DNA of 32,000 nt from Akkermansia muciniphila ATCC BAA-835 (GCF_000020225.1 NC_010655.1:1680001-1712000), one strand, 5' to 3'; shown: positions 1 through 10,588, numbered from the stretch's first letter. The notes: generated from the sequence alone by a model not told the origin. Numbers and translations are program-made.

Positions 1-653
1 GCTGGCGGCGGAGGCATACGCGCTTTGTCCGCACCTTGTTGAAAAAGATGGAACAGGAGGATGTGGAAGTCCTGTACCTGCGCGGAAATCACGATGATAT
101 TCTGGAAAAATTCCTGCCTTTTCATCTGGGCGGTTTGAAAATTGCCAGGGAGTACGTGCACCAGGCTGCGGATGGAAGACGCTACCTGTGCGTGCATGGG
201 GACGGTTTTGACGCCATTTCCACCAATCACCGGTGGCTGGCGATGCTCGGCTCTCTGGGTTATGACGTTTTGCTGATGGTCAACCGGTTTTACAACAAAT
301 ACCGCGCCTGGCGGGGCAGGGAATATCATTCCGTTTCCCGCGCCATCAAGGGCCGCGTGAAATCCGCCGTCAATTTTATTGGAAAATATGAGGAACAGCT
401 TCAACGCCTGGCGGTAAAGAGGCAGTGTGACGGCATCATCGCCGGGCATGTGCATCATCCGGCGGATACCATGGTGGGAAAGGTGAGGTATCTGAATTGC
501 GGGGACTGGGTGGAAACCATGAGCGCAGTGCTGGAATACGGCGACGGCCGTATGGAAACGGTGCTTTACAAGGATTTTATGAAGCGCCTGGCATATGGCA
601 AATGCGGAACCATGGAGGACGCGGAAACTTCTCCCGGCACGGGGGATTCATGA
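1..653 (+). CDS. lpxH: UDP-2,3-diacylglucosamine diphosphatase-like metallophosphoesterase (LpxH family), 5' end cut by the window edge
   Basis: The frame is open from base 3 (WRRRHTRFVRTLLKKMEQ...), so the true start lies upstream of the listed Met at 36. Calcineurin-type motifs are present: LRGNHD, VHGDGFD, GHVHHP, NCGDW. A helical insertion sits between them, as in LpxH-type enzymes. Stop codon at 651-653. Confidence 0.6.
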   Translation, partial: WRRRHTRFVRTLLKKMEQEDVEVLYLRGNHDDILEKFLPFHLGGLKIAREYVHQAADGRRYLCVHGDGFDAISTNHRWLAMLGSLGYDVLLMVNRFYNKYRAWRGREYHSVSRAIKGRVKSAVNFIGKYEEQLQRLAVKRQCDGIIAGHVHHPADTMVGKVRYLNCGDWVETMSAVLEYGDGRMETVLYKDFMKRLAYGKCGTMEDAETSPGTGDS

Positions 654-686
654 CGGAACGGCCTTTATCCGGTTTCCCCCGGAAGT

Positions 687-725
687 GGGACAAAATGACT
701 TTGTGTGACATTTTGTCTCTTTTCT
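687..725 (+). terminator. Putative intrinsic terminator after the lpxH-like gene (AT-rich hairpin plus T-run), with a duplicated 3' arm further downstream
   Basis: GGGACAAAATG (687-697) pairs with CATTTTGTCTC (709-719), with one G-T pair. TTTTCT follows at 720-725. A second copy of the 3' arm, CATTATGTCCC, lies at 733-743. Confidence 0.4.
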
Positions 726-842
726 GGTGTGACATTATGTCCCGTTTTCCTTTGTCGGGAAAATAGAGGAATGAAAGGAAAAACAGCGTAATATGATTAT
801 AATATGACATTTGCGTTTATTTTTCAGTATGCCTTGCCAGAT

Positions 843-858
843 TGGCATGCCATTTGCA
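843..858 (+). promoter_or_regulatory. Sigma-54-type -24/-12 promoter-like element upstream of dnaK
   Basis: TGGCATGCCATTTGCA compared with the consensus TGGCACG-N4-TTGCW. The GG and GC dinucleotides sit exactly 12 nt apart. The element is 100 nt upstream of the dnaK ATG. A perfect TATAAT at 798-803 is an alternative sigma-70 -10 box without a good -35. Confidence 0.3.
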
Positions 859-957
859 ACAAAAGAGGCAAGAATATGAGTTTGCCTGCATGATGCTTCA
901 GGTCATGAGGAAATCAAATCTCAACGAAATCCATTCAAAACAATCTAAAATAACGAT

Positions 958-2886
958 ATGGCTAAAATATTAGGAATCGACCTTGGCACGACCAACTCGT
1001 GCATGGCTGTGATGGAAGGCGGTCAGGGTACCGTACTTGAAAACAGCGAAGGTGCGCGCACCACTCCCTCCATTGTTGCTTTCACCAAAAGCGGTGAACG
1101 CCTCGTGGGGCAGGCCGCCAAACGTCAGGCGGTAACCAACCCGAAAAACACCGTGTTTTCCTCCAAGCGCCTCATCGGCCGTAAGTACAGTGAACTGACG
1201 GAAGAAGATAAAAAGGTGCCGTACGAAATTGTGGAAGCTCCCAACGGAGATGCCTACATCCGCGTGGATGTGGGCGGTGAAAAGAAGACCTTTTCCCCCC
1301 AGGAAATCGCTTCCATGGTGCTGGCCAAGCTGAAAGCCGATGCGGAATCCAAACTTGGCGAAACGATTACGGAGGCCGTGATTACCGTCCCCGCCTATTT
1401 CAATGACGCCCAGCGCAACGCGACCAAGGCCGCCGGTGAAATCGCAGGCCTTAAAGTGCGCCGCATTATCAATGAACCGACGGCGGCGGCCCTGGCCTAC
1501 GGCTTGGACAAAAAGTCCAATGAAAACATTGCCGTATATGACCTCGGCGGCGGCACCTTTGATATTTCCGTGCTGGAAATCGGCGACGGAGTGTTTGAGG
1601 TGAAGGCTTCCGACGGCGACACCCACTTGGGCGGCGATGACTGGGACAACGCAATCATCAACTGGATTATAGGCGAGTTCAAGAAAGACTCCGGCATGGA
1701 TCTTTCCAACCAGCCTGACGCCATTCAGCGCATCAAGGAAGAAGCGGAAAAGGCCAAGATCGCCCTTTCCTCCACCCAGAGCTATGACATCAGCCTGCCG
1801 TTCATCACGGCGGACGCTTCCGGTCCCAAGCATATCCAACTGACGCTGAGCCGCCCCAAGCTGGAACAGCTCACGGAAGACCTTCTGGACCGCACCCGCA
1901 AGCCTGTGCTGGACTGCATTGCTGCGTCCGGGTTGAAAACCGGGGACATTGACGAGCTGGTGCTGGTGGGCGGCATGACCCGCATGCCCGCCGTGCAGGA
2001 AATGGCCCATACGCTGGCCGGCAAGGAACCCCACAAGGGCGTGAACCCGGATGAAGTGGTGGCCCTGGGCGCCGCTATTCAGGGCGGCGTGCTTCAGGGG
2101 GACGTGAATGACGTGCTTCTGCTGGACGTGACTCCTCTGACCTTGTCCATTGAAACGATGGGCGGCATCGCCACTCCGATGATCGAACGCAACACGACCA
2201 TTCCGGTGCGCAAGAGCCAGGTGTTCTCCACCGCCGCTGATAACCAGCCCGCCGTGGATATCCGCATTTGCCAGGGCGAACGCAAGATGTTTGAGGATAA
2301 CAAGCTCCTCGGCAACTTCAAGCTGGACGGCATTTCCCCCGCTCCGCGCGGCGTGCCGCAGATTGAAGTGACCTTTGACATTGACGCCAACGGCATTCTG
2401 CATGTATCCGCTAAGGACAAGGGCACCGGCAAGGAGCAGAAAATTTCCATCCAGGGCTCCAGCGGCCTTTCCAAGGATGAAATTGAGCGTGCCAAGCGCG
2501 ATGCGGAAGCCCACGCGGAAGAAGACAAGAAACGCGCTGAGGAAATTGACACCATTAACCAGGCTGACTCCCTCTGCTTCTCCGTGGAGCGCCAGCTTAA
2601 GGATATGGGGGACAAGCTGCCCGCAGACCTCAAGCGTGAAATAGAAGACAAGGTAACGCGTCTCAAGGAAGCCGTCTCCAAGAAGGACGTCACGGCGATC
2701 AAGGCTGGCAAGGAAGACCTGGAATCCCGTCTGGAAGCCCTGTACAAGGCGGCGGAAGCCGCCCAGCAGTCCGCCGGGGCAGCCGGCCCCATGCCGGGCG
2801 CCCCTGCCGAAGAAGAGCCTTCCGACGGTCCCCGCAAGGCGAAAGGCCGCGTGGTGGACGCTGAAATCGTGGACGACGATAAATAA
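958..2886 (+). CDS. dnaK: Molecular chaperone DnaK (Hsp70)
   Basis: 642 aa. Hsp70 signatures are present: [29 protein letters not shown]-terminal lid follows, with an acidic tail ending EIVDDDK. Confidence 0.98.
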   Translation: MAKILGIDLGTTNSCMAVMEGGQGTVLENSEGARTTPSIVAFTKSGERLVGQAAKRQAVTNPKNTVFSSKRLIGRKYSELTEEDKKVPYEIVEAPNGDAYIRVDVGGEKKTFSPQEIASMVLAKLKADAESKLGETITEAVITVPAYFNDAQRNATKAAGEIAGLKVRRIINEPTAAALAYGLDKKSNENIAVYDLGGGTFDISVLEIGDGVFEVKASDGDTHLGGDDWDNAIINWIIGEFKKDSGMDLSNQPDAIQRIKEEAEKAKIALSSTQSYDISLPFITADASGPKHIQLTLSRPKLEQLTEDLLDRTRKPVLDCIAASGLKTGDIDELVLVGGMTRMPAVQEMAHTLAGKEPHKGVNPDEVVALGAAIQGGVLQGDVNDVLLLDVTPLTLSIETMGGIATPMIERNTTIPVRKSQVFSTAADNQPAVDIRICQGERKMFEDNKLLGNFKLDGISPAPRGVPQIEVTFDIDANGILHVSAKDKGTGKEQKISIQGSSGLSKDEIERAKRDAEAHAEEDKKRAEEIDTINQADSLCFSVERQLKDMGDKLPADLKREIEDKVTRLKEAVSKKDVTAIKAGKEDLESRLEALYKAAEAAQQSAGAAGPMPGAPAEEEPSDGPRKAKGRVVDAEIVDDDK

Positions 2887-2898
2887 GCAACCCCCTTC

Positions 2899-2932
2899 CC
2901 GCCGGAGGGGGAAGCAATTCCCCCTCCGGCGG
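2899..2932 (+). other. GC-rich hairpin between dnaK and groES with no following T-run (possible attenuator or processing/stability element)
   Basis: CCGCCGGAGGGGG (2899-2911) pairs perfectly with CCCCCTCCGGCGG (2920-2932) across an 8-nt loop. The sequence that follows is AACATTAC, not a U-tract. Confidence 0.4.
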
Positions 2933-2981
2933 AACATTACATCCCGTATTACTCATCTACAACAACATCAAAAAACATACT

Positions 2982-3272
2982 ATGGCAAACATCAAACCCC
3001 TAGGACAACGTGTGCTGGTCAAGCGCATTGAAGCTGAAACCAAGACGGCCGGCGGCCTGTTCCTGCCGGACACCGCCAAGGAAAAACCCCAGGAAGCCGA
3101 AGTGATCTCCGTAGGCACCGGCGGCCGCGATGAAAAAGGCGCCCTGATTGAATTTACCGTGAAGCCCGGAGACCGCGTGCTTATTTCCAAGTACGGCGGC
3201 ACGGAAATCAAACTGGACGGGGAAGACTACCTTATCCTGTCTGAAAACGATATTCTGGCCATCATCGGCTAA
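2982..3272 (+). CDS. groES: Co-chaperonin GroES (Hsp10)
   Basis: 96 aa. The N-terminus is typical ([12 protein letters not shown]), with the mobile loop [15 protein letters not shown] and VGTGGRDE. Confidence 0.97.
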   Translation: MANIKPLGQRVLVKRIEAETKTAGGLFLPDTAKEKPQEAEVISVGTGGRDEKGALIEFTVKPGDRVLISKYGGTEIKLDGEDYLILSENDILAIIG

Positions 3273-3305
3273 ATGGCACCACACACACATTCAACATCAT
3301 TTTAA

Positions 3306-4970
<1,665 letters not shown>

Positions 4971-5010
4971 GCCCCGTCCGTTTCTTCGAGACCAAGGCAA
5001 TCGGCTTCAA

Positions 5011-5041
5011 GGCTCCCCGGAAAAACCGGGGAGCCTTTTTT
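5011..5041 (+). terminator. Rho-independent terminator after groEL
   Basis: GGCTCCCCGG (5011-5020), loop AAAAA, CCGGGGAGCC (5026-5035), then TTTTTT (5036-5041). Confidence 0.75.
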
Positions 5042-5143
5042 AATATGCTTCATCAGGAGCCGGTTTCGGGAAAAAGCTGCACAGGATGTTCAGAATTTAG
5101 AAAAATATTGAATGATTATAGAACATATTTGTCTAATCATAAC

Positions 5144-5596
5144 ATGAAAAAGCTGCATAAGAACATATTGTTTGCGGCGGCGGTACTGGCCATGCCTTCT
5201 GCTCTGGCCGATATCCCGGAGTCTTCCGTTCCGGCTGCCGCCGTTTCCAGTATCAAGGGTGCTTATCCGAACGCCGGTCCCATTGAATGGGACTCTGAAA
5301 TGCATGGCATGGAAAGGATCTACGAAGCCGAATTTAGAATTAACGGATTCCAGTTTGACGTGAAGATTGCTCCTGATGGGAAAATTGTGAGGATTAAGGA
5401 AGAAATAGCTGCTTCCTCTCTTCCGGAAGCCGTCCGTGCGTCCGTTTTGAAGCGTTATCCGGGATGCCGGATTAAGGAAGCGGAAAAAATTACTGAAGGA
5501 GAACTTGTCCGTTACAAGGTGGAAGTTGCGGACAGCCGTGACGATTATGATGTGCTGATTGCCCCTGACGGAAATATCCTTCATGTGGACCGTTAG
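5144..5596 (+). CDS. Secreted PepSY-like (beta-lactamase-inhibitor-like fold) two-repeat protein
   Basis: I chose the start at MKKLHKNILFAAAVLAMPSALA (signal peptide), because the longer ORF from 4868 overlaps groEL and its terminator. Two similar ~60-aa repeats each contain (K/S)..YP...I.E.E... followed by I/LAPDG(K/N)I, as in PepSY-like domains. Confidence 0.55.
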   Translation: MKKLHKNILFAAAVLAMPSALADIPESSVPAAAVSSIKGAYPNAGPIEWDSEMHGMERIYEAEFRINGFQFDVKIAPDGKIVRIKEEIAASSLPEAVRASVLKRYPGCRIKEAEKITEGELVRYKVEVADSRDDYDVLIAPDGNILHVDR

Positions 5597-5626
5597 GCTT
5601 TTTGTTTTTTACATTTAATGAAAGCG

Positions 5627-5662
5627 GGAGGAGGGCGGAAGAATCCGCTCTCCTCCTTTTTT
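5627..5662 (+). terminator. Rho-independent terminator
   Basis: GGAGGAGGGCGG (5627-5638) pairs with CCGCTCTCCTCC (5645-5656) over 12 bp with one G-T. TTTTTT follows at 5657-5662. Confidence 0.65.
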
Positions 5663-5767
5663 GAGGACCGGAAGCAGGGGCGTATGGGAAAATGTGACGG
5701 AATGTTCACGTTTTAAAACGGGCGTGCGGGAGCGGCCTCCTGTAATAGAGGGCCGTTTATTACGCAT

Positions 5768-7999
5768 ATGGACCCGATCTATTACTTTATCATAGGACTG
5801 ATACTGGTGTTATCCTGCTTCGACCTCGTTGTCGGAGTTTCCAATGACGCCGCCAACTTTTTGAACTCCGCCGTTGGTTCCAAGGCCGCTCCGCGCAGGA
5901 CGATTGTGCTGGTGGCCGCTTTGGGTATCATCATCGGCTCGCTGTTCTCCAGCGGCATGATGGAAATCGCCAGAAGCGGCGTATTCATGCCGGCCCGGTT
6001 TTCCTTCCATGACATCATGTTGATCTTTCTGGCGGTCATGTTGACGGATGTTATCCTGCTGGACGTTTTCAACACGTTCGGCCTTCCCACTTCCACCACG
6101 GTTTCCATTGTTTTTGAACTGCTGGGCGGAGCCGTGGCCGCAGCTCTCTTTAAAATTTGGTCCGGGGAACCGGGCGTCGCTCAGGAATTGTCCAGCTACA
6201 TCAATTCCTCCAAAGCTCTGGCGATCATCTCCGGCATTTTTTCCTCCGTTTTTATCGCTTTCATTTGCGGGATAACGGTTATGTGGATTTCCCGCCTCAT
6301 CTTCTCCTTCAACTATCAAAAATCCTTCAAATACCTGGGCGCCGTCTGGTGCGGCGTGGCCCTGACGGCTATCACTTACTTCGCCATTTTCAAGGGGCTG
6401 AAGGGAAGCACGCTGGTCACCAAGGATATGATCCGCCACCTGGACGCCCATATCTGGCTGTACGTTTGCTGCAGCCTGGCATTCTGGACCGTCCTGATGG
6501 CCGTGCTCCAGAATCTTTGCAAAGTCAATATCCTGAAAGTATCCGTTCTCGCGGGCACCATGGCCCTGGCCCTTTCCTTTGCCGGGAATGACCTGGTCAA
6601 CTTCATCGGAGTTTTCATGGCGGGGCAGTCTTCTATGGAAATTGCGGCCGCCGCCGCAGCGCAGGGGGCGGACCTTACCACTCTGTCCATGGGCGGTCTG
6701 ATGGCCCCCGTCACGGCGGATTGGCGTTACCTGCTGGGGGCGGGCGTCATCATGGTGCTGGCCCTCATGTTCTCCAAAAAGGCGCAAACCGTTACGGATA
6801 CGGAAGTCAATCTGGCGAGGCAGGGCGGGGGAGTAGAGCGGTTCGGCTCCGTCCCCCCGGCCCGCATGGCGGTGCGCTATGCCCTGAATGCTTCCCGCGC
6901 GGTGGAAAAAATCATGCCCTCCTGCGTCGGGAGGTTTATTGAAAAACGCTTCCGGCCTGTGCCGGAAGGGCCGGATAACGGTGCATCTTTCGACCTCATT
7001 CGCGCTTCCGTGAATTTGACGGTGGCTGCCCTGCTGATTTCTCTGGCCACGTCCCTTCGGCTTCCTCTTTCCACCACATATGTGACGTTCATGGTGGCGA
7101 TGGGTTCCTCCCTGGCGGACAAGGCCTGGGGGCGGGACAGCGCCGTGTATCGCATCACCGGAGTGATTACGGTGATTTCAGGGTGGTTTTTTACGGCCTT
7201 TGCCGCGTTTTCCATGTGCTTCATTGTGGCGGCCTGCATCCTTTATGGCGGTCTCTTCGGCATCATCGCCATGTGTTCGCTGGCGGCTTTTCTGCTTCTG
7301 AAAAGTTCCAGGCTCCATCGTAAAAGAACCCAGGCTGCAGCTCAGGCGCAGGCCGCCAATTACCGGGATCCGGCTGCCGCCGCACGCTACAATGAGGAAA
7401 TTATTGAACTGATGAAGCGCATGGCGGAAATCTATGAAATGAATCTGGAGGCCCTGAACGTGGAGGACAGGAAGCGTCTGAAAAAACTCCGGAAAGAAGC
7501 GCGCGGCATCCGCCGTTCCCTGAGCGATAAAATGGCGATGGAAGTCATGCCCGTCGTCCGTGAACTCCCGGACAAAGAGGCCGACCGAGGCAAGCGCTAT
7601 GTGCAGATGGTGGAATACGCTACCTCCGTCTTTGAATCCCTCTCCAACATTACTACGGCCAGCCATGCCTATATAGACAACAACCATGAAGGGCTGGATT
7701 TGGAAAGGATAGAGCTTCTGCGGGGAATGAACAGCCGTGTTTCCTCCCTCTACCCCCGTTTCCGGGAAATGATGGAAAGCAATGACTATACCGGGTTGGA
7801 CGAATGCCTGGCAGGCATGGACGCCCTGGATGAGGAATTTGCGGAAGCCGTCAAACAGCAGATTATTCTGCGTCCGGAAGACGCCTCCGATATGCGACGG
7901 GCGCTTCTCTATCTCAACCTCCTTAATGAAACCCGGGCAATGATCCGCAAAGTACTTCTTCTTGCTAAAATCCAGAGAAAATTTGTTCTTGGCTGGTAG
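5768..7999 (+). CDS. PiT-family inorganic phosphate transporter with a C-terminal cytoplasmic PhoU-like helical domain
   Basis: 743 aa. The N-terminal PHO4/PiT signature GVSNDAANFLNSAVGS is present, with a second copy-like motif FAGNDLVNFIGVF. There are roughly 10-12 hydrophobic helices, followed by a ~220-aa charged helical tail. Confidence 0.8.
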   Translation: MDPIYYFIIGLILVLSCFDLVVGVSNDAANFLNSAVGSKAAPRRTIVLVAALGIIIGSLFSSGMMEIARSGVFMPARFSFHDIMLIFLAVMLTDVILLDVFNTFGLPTSTTVSIVFELLGGAVAAALFKIWSGEPGVAQELSSYINSSKALAIISGIFSSVFIAFICGITVMWISRLIFSFNYQKSFKYLGAVWCGVALTAITYFAIFKGLKGSTLVTKDMIRHLDAHIWLYVCCSLAFWTVLMAVLQNLCKVNILKVSVLAGTMALALSFAGNDLVNFIGVFMAGQSSMEIAAAAAAQGADLTTLSMGGLMAPVTADWRYLLGAGVIMVLALMFSKKAQTVTDTEVNLARQGGGVERFGSVPPARMAVRYALNASRAVEKIMPSCVGRFIEKRFRPVPEGPDNGASFDLIRASVNLTVAALLISLATSLRLPLSTTYVTFMVAMGSSLADKAWGRDSAVYRITGVITVISGWFFTAFAAFSMCFIVAACILYGGLFGIIAMCSLAAFLLLKSSRLHRKRTQAAAQAQAANYRDPAAAARYNEEIIELMKRMAEIYEMNLEALNVEDRKRLKKLRKEARGIRRSLSDKMAMEVMPVVRELPDKEADRGKRYVQMVEYATSVFESLSNITTASHAYIDNNHEGLDLERIELLRGMNSRVSSLYPRFREMMESNDYTGLDECLAGMDALDEEFAEAVKQQIILRPEDASDMRRALLYLNLLNETRAMIRKVLLLAKIQRKFVLGW

Positions 8000-8254
8000 C
8001 CTCTCCCTGTAATTCACGTCCGTGCCGGCGGCGAATGCTTCCGGCGCGGACATCTTGCCCAGACTGTTCCCGTATTGGGAGTAGCTGCCAGGTCTTTTTT
8101 ATTCACACGGAACAAGGCTTCTTTACGGATAAACCATGTCTTCTGCCTGTGGGACAATGTCTTGAAAGGCCGTTTCCAGGCGTTGCCATGTATGTTGCCG
8201 TCTCAAGAAAACAAAAAACGCAAGCTTTGATAAACAATAACTTGCGGAACAAAT

Positions 8255-8328
8255 TGGTACGGGCGATGGGAATCGAACCCACGTCTCAAGCTTGGGAAGC
8301 TCGCGTCCTACCATTGAACGACGCCCGC
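8255..8328 (-). tRNA. tRNA-Gly (anticodon CCC), CCA encoded
   Basis: The reverse complement reads GCGGGCG TC GTTC AATGGTA GGAC G CGAGC TTCCCAA GCTTG AGAC GTGGG TTCGATT CCCAT CGCCCGT A CCA. All four stems pair (a few G-T). The T-loop is GGTTCGATTCC. Length 74 nt. Confidence 0.9.
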
Positions 8329-8432
8329 ATGAAATGCGGATGCCTATTTAGCGGCAGAAGGCCCGGATGTCAAGACCACAGAAAAAACGTATCCTCTTTT
8401 TTTGTTATTTTGACGCAGTAATGAAAAAAAAC

Positions 8433-8460
8433 TTGTCTTATCCCGTGATTTGAACATAAT
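8433..8460 (+). promoter_or_regulatory. Possible sigma-70 promoter for tRNA-Gly(UCC)
   Basis: TTGTCT (8433-8438), a 16-nt spacer, then CATAAT (8455-8460). The tRNA 5' end lies 12 nt downstream, at 8472. Confidence 0.3.
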
Positions 8461-8471
8461 GCGTTCGTTGC

Positions 8472-8545
8472 GCGGGTATAGCTTAATGGTAAAGCTCCAG
8501 CCTTCCAAGCTGATTATACGGGTTCGATTCCCGTTACCCGCTCCA
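8472..8545 (+). tRNA. tRNA-Gly (anticodon UCC), CCA encoded
   Basis: GCGGGTA TA GCTT AATGGTA AAGC T CCAGC CTTCCAA GCTGA TTAT ACGGG TTCGATT CCCGT TACCCGC T CCA. The acceptor, D and T stems are perfect. There is one C-A mismatch at the top of the anticodon stem. Length 74 nt. Confidence 0.9.
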
Positions 8546-8581
8546 TTTTTTTATTAAATTCACCTGCTAAATACTTCCTTT

Positions 8582-9256
8582 ATGAAAGCCAGGTTCGTGA
8601 CAAAGGCGGCGCTTAGTGCGCTGGCACTTGCGTTTGCGGGTACCCTTCCCGGTATGGCTCAGCAAACTGCTTCTCCGGCAGCCGCTCCGGCTGTTGATCA
8701 GGTTAAAGCCTCCGCTGTTGAAAAGGCTTTTATGAAGAAAATGGCAGATATTGTTCAGGCCGGATTGAAAGCCGGTGCTCTGGATATGAAAGCGGTGTCC
8801 GGAGTTTTGAACGATGCCGCTAAGGCTGGTGTGTCCGATCATGTGATGGGTGCGATGGTATCCATGGCTGCGGGCGCTTTCCCGTCCAACGCTCCTGCCG
8901 TTGCTTCCGCCGCTGTCCGGAGCTACGGGCCCGGGGTGAAGGAAGAACAGGTGCGCAATGTGATCGCTTCCGCTGTTTCCTCCCAGCCCCATCCGTATGC
9001 ATCCGTGGCTCCCATTTCGGAAGCGGTTGAAAAAGCTTTGGGCAATTCTCCGGTAGCCGGTACTGTTCCTTCCATTGCTGTGGCCGTGGCTGCCCAGACT
9101 CCTGATAACCCCCTCTCAGGGGTAACTGTCCAGGAACATGGCCTGGTAAAGCCTGTTGAAGATGTTGCCGAGGGCTCCCTGGTTCTGCCGGGCGGTCTTC
9201 CTGTGGGCGGCACGCCCACCAGCCCCGCTCCCGTGTCCAATGCTGCTGGCAATTAA
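8582..9256 (+). CDS. Ala/Pro-rich secreted protein of unknown function
   Basis: 224 aa. The signal peptide is MKARFVTKAALSALALAFAGTLPGMAQQ. The rest is low-complexity and Ala/Val/Pro-rich. I recognise no catalytic motif. The ATG is only 36 nt after the tRNA-Gly(UCC) 3' end. Confidence 0.55.
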   Translation: MKARFVTKAALSALALAFAGTLPGMAQQTASPAAAPAVDQVKASAVEKAFMKKMADIVQAGLKAGALDMKAVSGVLNDAAKAGVSDHVMGAMVSMAAGAFPSNAPAVASAAVRSYGPGVKEEQVRNVIASAVSSQPHPYASVAPISEAVEKALGNSPVAGTVPSIAVAVAAQTPDNPLSGVTVQEHGLVKPVEDVAEGSLVLPGGLPVGGTPTSPAPVSNAAGN

Positions 9257-9281
9257 CCTGATTCTTATTTAATAAAATAGC

Positions 9282-10496
9282 ATGAAGAGTCTTTTTTATC
9301 TCTCCCTGGTGGCCGCCGGCATGTTTGCCGTCCATGCCAACGGGCAGTCTCTGTACACGCTGGCGGGTCCGGTTGGTCTGGAAGAGTCCCTTCCTCTCAA
9401 GTGGTTCTTCAACCTGGCGGGAGGGTATGACGACAATGTCAACGCCTCCAATTATAACAAGCAGGAATCCGCATTCATCAGTACGGACATAGGGTGCTCC
9501 CTGGCCAACTACGATGCCGTAACCCAATATTCTTTCTCCGCCAAGCTGGGGGGTATTTTTTACCTGAAAGACCTTGATGGCGGAACGAATGAAGCCCTTT
9601 CCAATTCCACGCTGTCCGCCAAACTTTCCCATAGTTTTGACCAGACTTTGCGTTATAACGGCAGCGTCTCCTTTGCATGGCAGCCGGAACCCAACTATTC
9701 CAACGGTATTGCCAATGCCCGCCGGGACGGCGACTACATTTACGTGTATGTTTCCAGTTCCGTGAGCAAGGCGTGGACTTCCCGCTATTCCACGACGCTG
9801 GGTGCCAATTTCTCCATGATCGACTATCAGGAGGATTCCGCCAAGACGGATAACCGCGATTATGTTGGCATGAATTTCACCAACCGGTACAAATGGACGG
9901 AACGTCTGGCTGTTTCCCTGGGCTGGACGGGTTCCTACTGTAATCGCGAATACGGCAATAACGAATTTTCCAACTTCGTCATGGCCGGCGCTGAATATGC
10001 GGTGAGCGAAAATACTTCTGCTACGCTGCGCGTAGGTCCTCAGTTCAAGTATGTCGAGAACTACGGAACAAAAACCTATCCCTCCGCGGAATTCGGCTTA
10101 AACCACCGCTTGAGCGACCGGTTCATGCTCGGAACGTTCGTCCGTTATTCCAACGAAGCGGTGAATACCTATATCCCTTACAACGGCGCCAGCTATTACT
10201 CCAATGAAACGTGGCGTTTCGGGGTACACAGCACGCTGAAGCTGACGCACCGCGTCAGTCTGAATTGCGGAGTAAACCTGATTGCCAGCGATTATACGCG
10301 TCCGAGTTCCATCAGCAACAGTGACACGTCCAACCTGACTTTCAATGCTACCGCCGGTATCAAGCTTCTGCTGACGAATGCCTTGGCCCTTACGGCCCAA
10401 TATTCCTACACGAACGGTTCCTACAGCGGCTATAACTACCCGATGCCTTCCTACAACCGCAACGTGTTCTCCTTCGGCGTGAATTACAGCTTCTAA
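9282..10496 (+). CDS. Outer-membrane beta-barrel protein (putative polysaccharide-export porin partner)
   Basis: 404 aa. It has a signal peptide (MKSLFYLSLVAAGMFAVHANGQ). Alternating aromatic/polar beta-strand patterns are rich in Y/N/S/T/G, and the C-terminal strand ends ...FSFGVNYSF (terminal Phe, typical of BAM substrates). Confidence 0.6.
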   Translation: MKSLFYLSLVAAGMFAVHANGQSLYTLAGPVGLEESLPLKWFFNLAGGYDDNVNASNYNKQESAFISTDIGCSLANYDAVTQYSFSAKLGGIFYLKDLDGGTNEALSNSTLSAKLSHSFDQTLRYNGSVSFAWQPEPNYSNGIANARRDGDYIYVYVSSSVSKAWTSRYSTTLGANFSMIDYQEDSAKTDNRDYVGMNFTNRYKWTERLAVSLGWTGSYCNREYGNNEFSNFVMAGAEYAVSENTSATLRVGPQFKYVENYGTKTYPSAEFGLNHRLSDRFMLGTFVRYSNEAVNTYIPYNGASYYSNETWRFGVHSTLKLTHRVSLNCGVNLIASDYTRPSSISNSDTSNLTFNATAGIKLLLTNALALTAQYSYTNGSYSGYNYPMPSYNRNVFSFGVNYSF

Positions 10497-10522
10497 GTCT
10501 TGACTGACCATTAATGCCTTTA

Positions 10523-10565
10523 CTCCTCTAATTGCGAATTTTCATTCACAATTAGAGGAGTTTTT
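10523..10565 (+). terminator. Strong Rho-independent terminator between the beta-barrel gene and the Wzc-like gene
   Basis: CTCCTCTAATTG (10523-10534) pairs perfectly with CAATTAGAGGAG (10549-10560). TTTTT follows at 10561-10565. Confidence 0.7.
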
Positions 10566-10588
10566 ATCTTACTGCCTTACTATATTCC

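Noticed and set aside
654-957. Search for a CIRCE (HrcA), HAIR (HspR) or sigma-32 heat-shock promoter upstream of dnaK.
   Set aside because: There is no TTAGCACTC-N9-GAGTGCTAA-like or CTTGAGT-N7-ACTCAAG-like inverted repeat. CTTGCCA (833-839) and CCATTT (850-855) resemble sigma-32 boxes, but the spacer is only about 8-10 nt, too short for the 13-15 nt required.
970-2937. Very long antisense ORFs opposite dnaK (970..2937), groEL (3297..5000), the Wzc-like gene (10652..12775), mfd (24590..26053, 26060..27130), the Kelch::MFS gene (29650..31059), gap (15393..16286), PiT (5810..6787) and others.
   Set aside because: They are mirror-image shadow ORFs of well-supported genes in a GC-rich genome. 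Their products are low-complexity (G/R/H/A/V-rich) with no recognisable motifs, whereas the opposite strand encodes textbook proteins.
5684-5702. Pho-box-like direct repeat TGTGAC-N4-TGTTCAC upstream of the PiT phosphate transporter.
   Set aside because: The repeat phase is 10 bp rather than the 11 bp of PhoB boxes, and the half-sites match the CTGTCAT consensus poorly. I cannot distinguish it from chance.
5768-7999. PiT transporter with a long C-terminal PhoU-like domain as a possible novelty.
   Set aside because: From memory, PiT proteins of about 750 aa with this architecture are common in Bacteroidota-like and related genomes, so this is probably an ordinary family variant.
8035-8421. 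A 128-aa plus-strand ORF, and a 63-aa minus ORF (8123..8314), spanning the tRNA region.
   Set aside because: They run straight through the tRNA-Gly(CCC) gene and its flanks. They show no protein features and no start context like the other genes.
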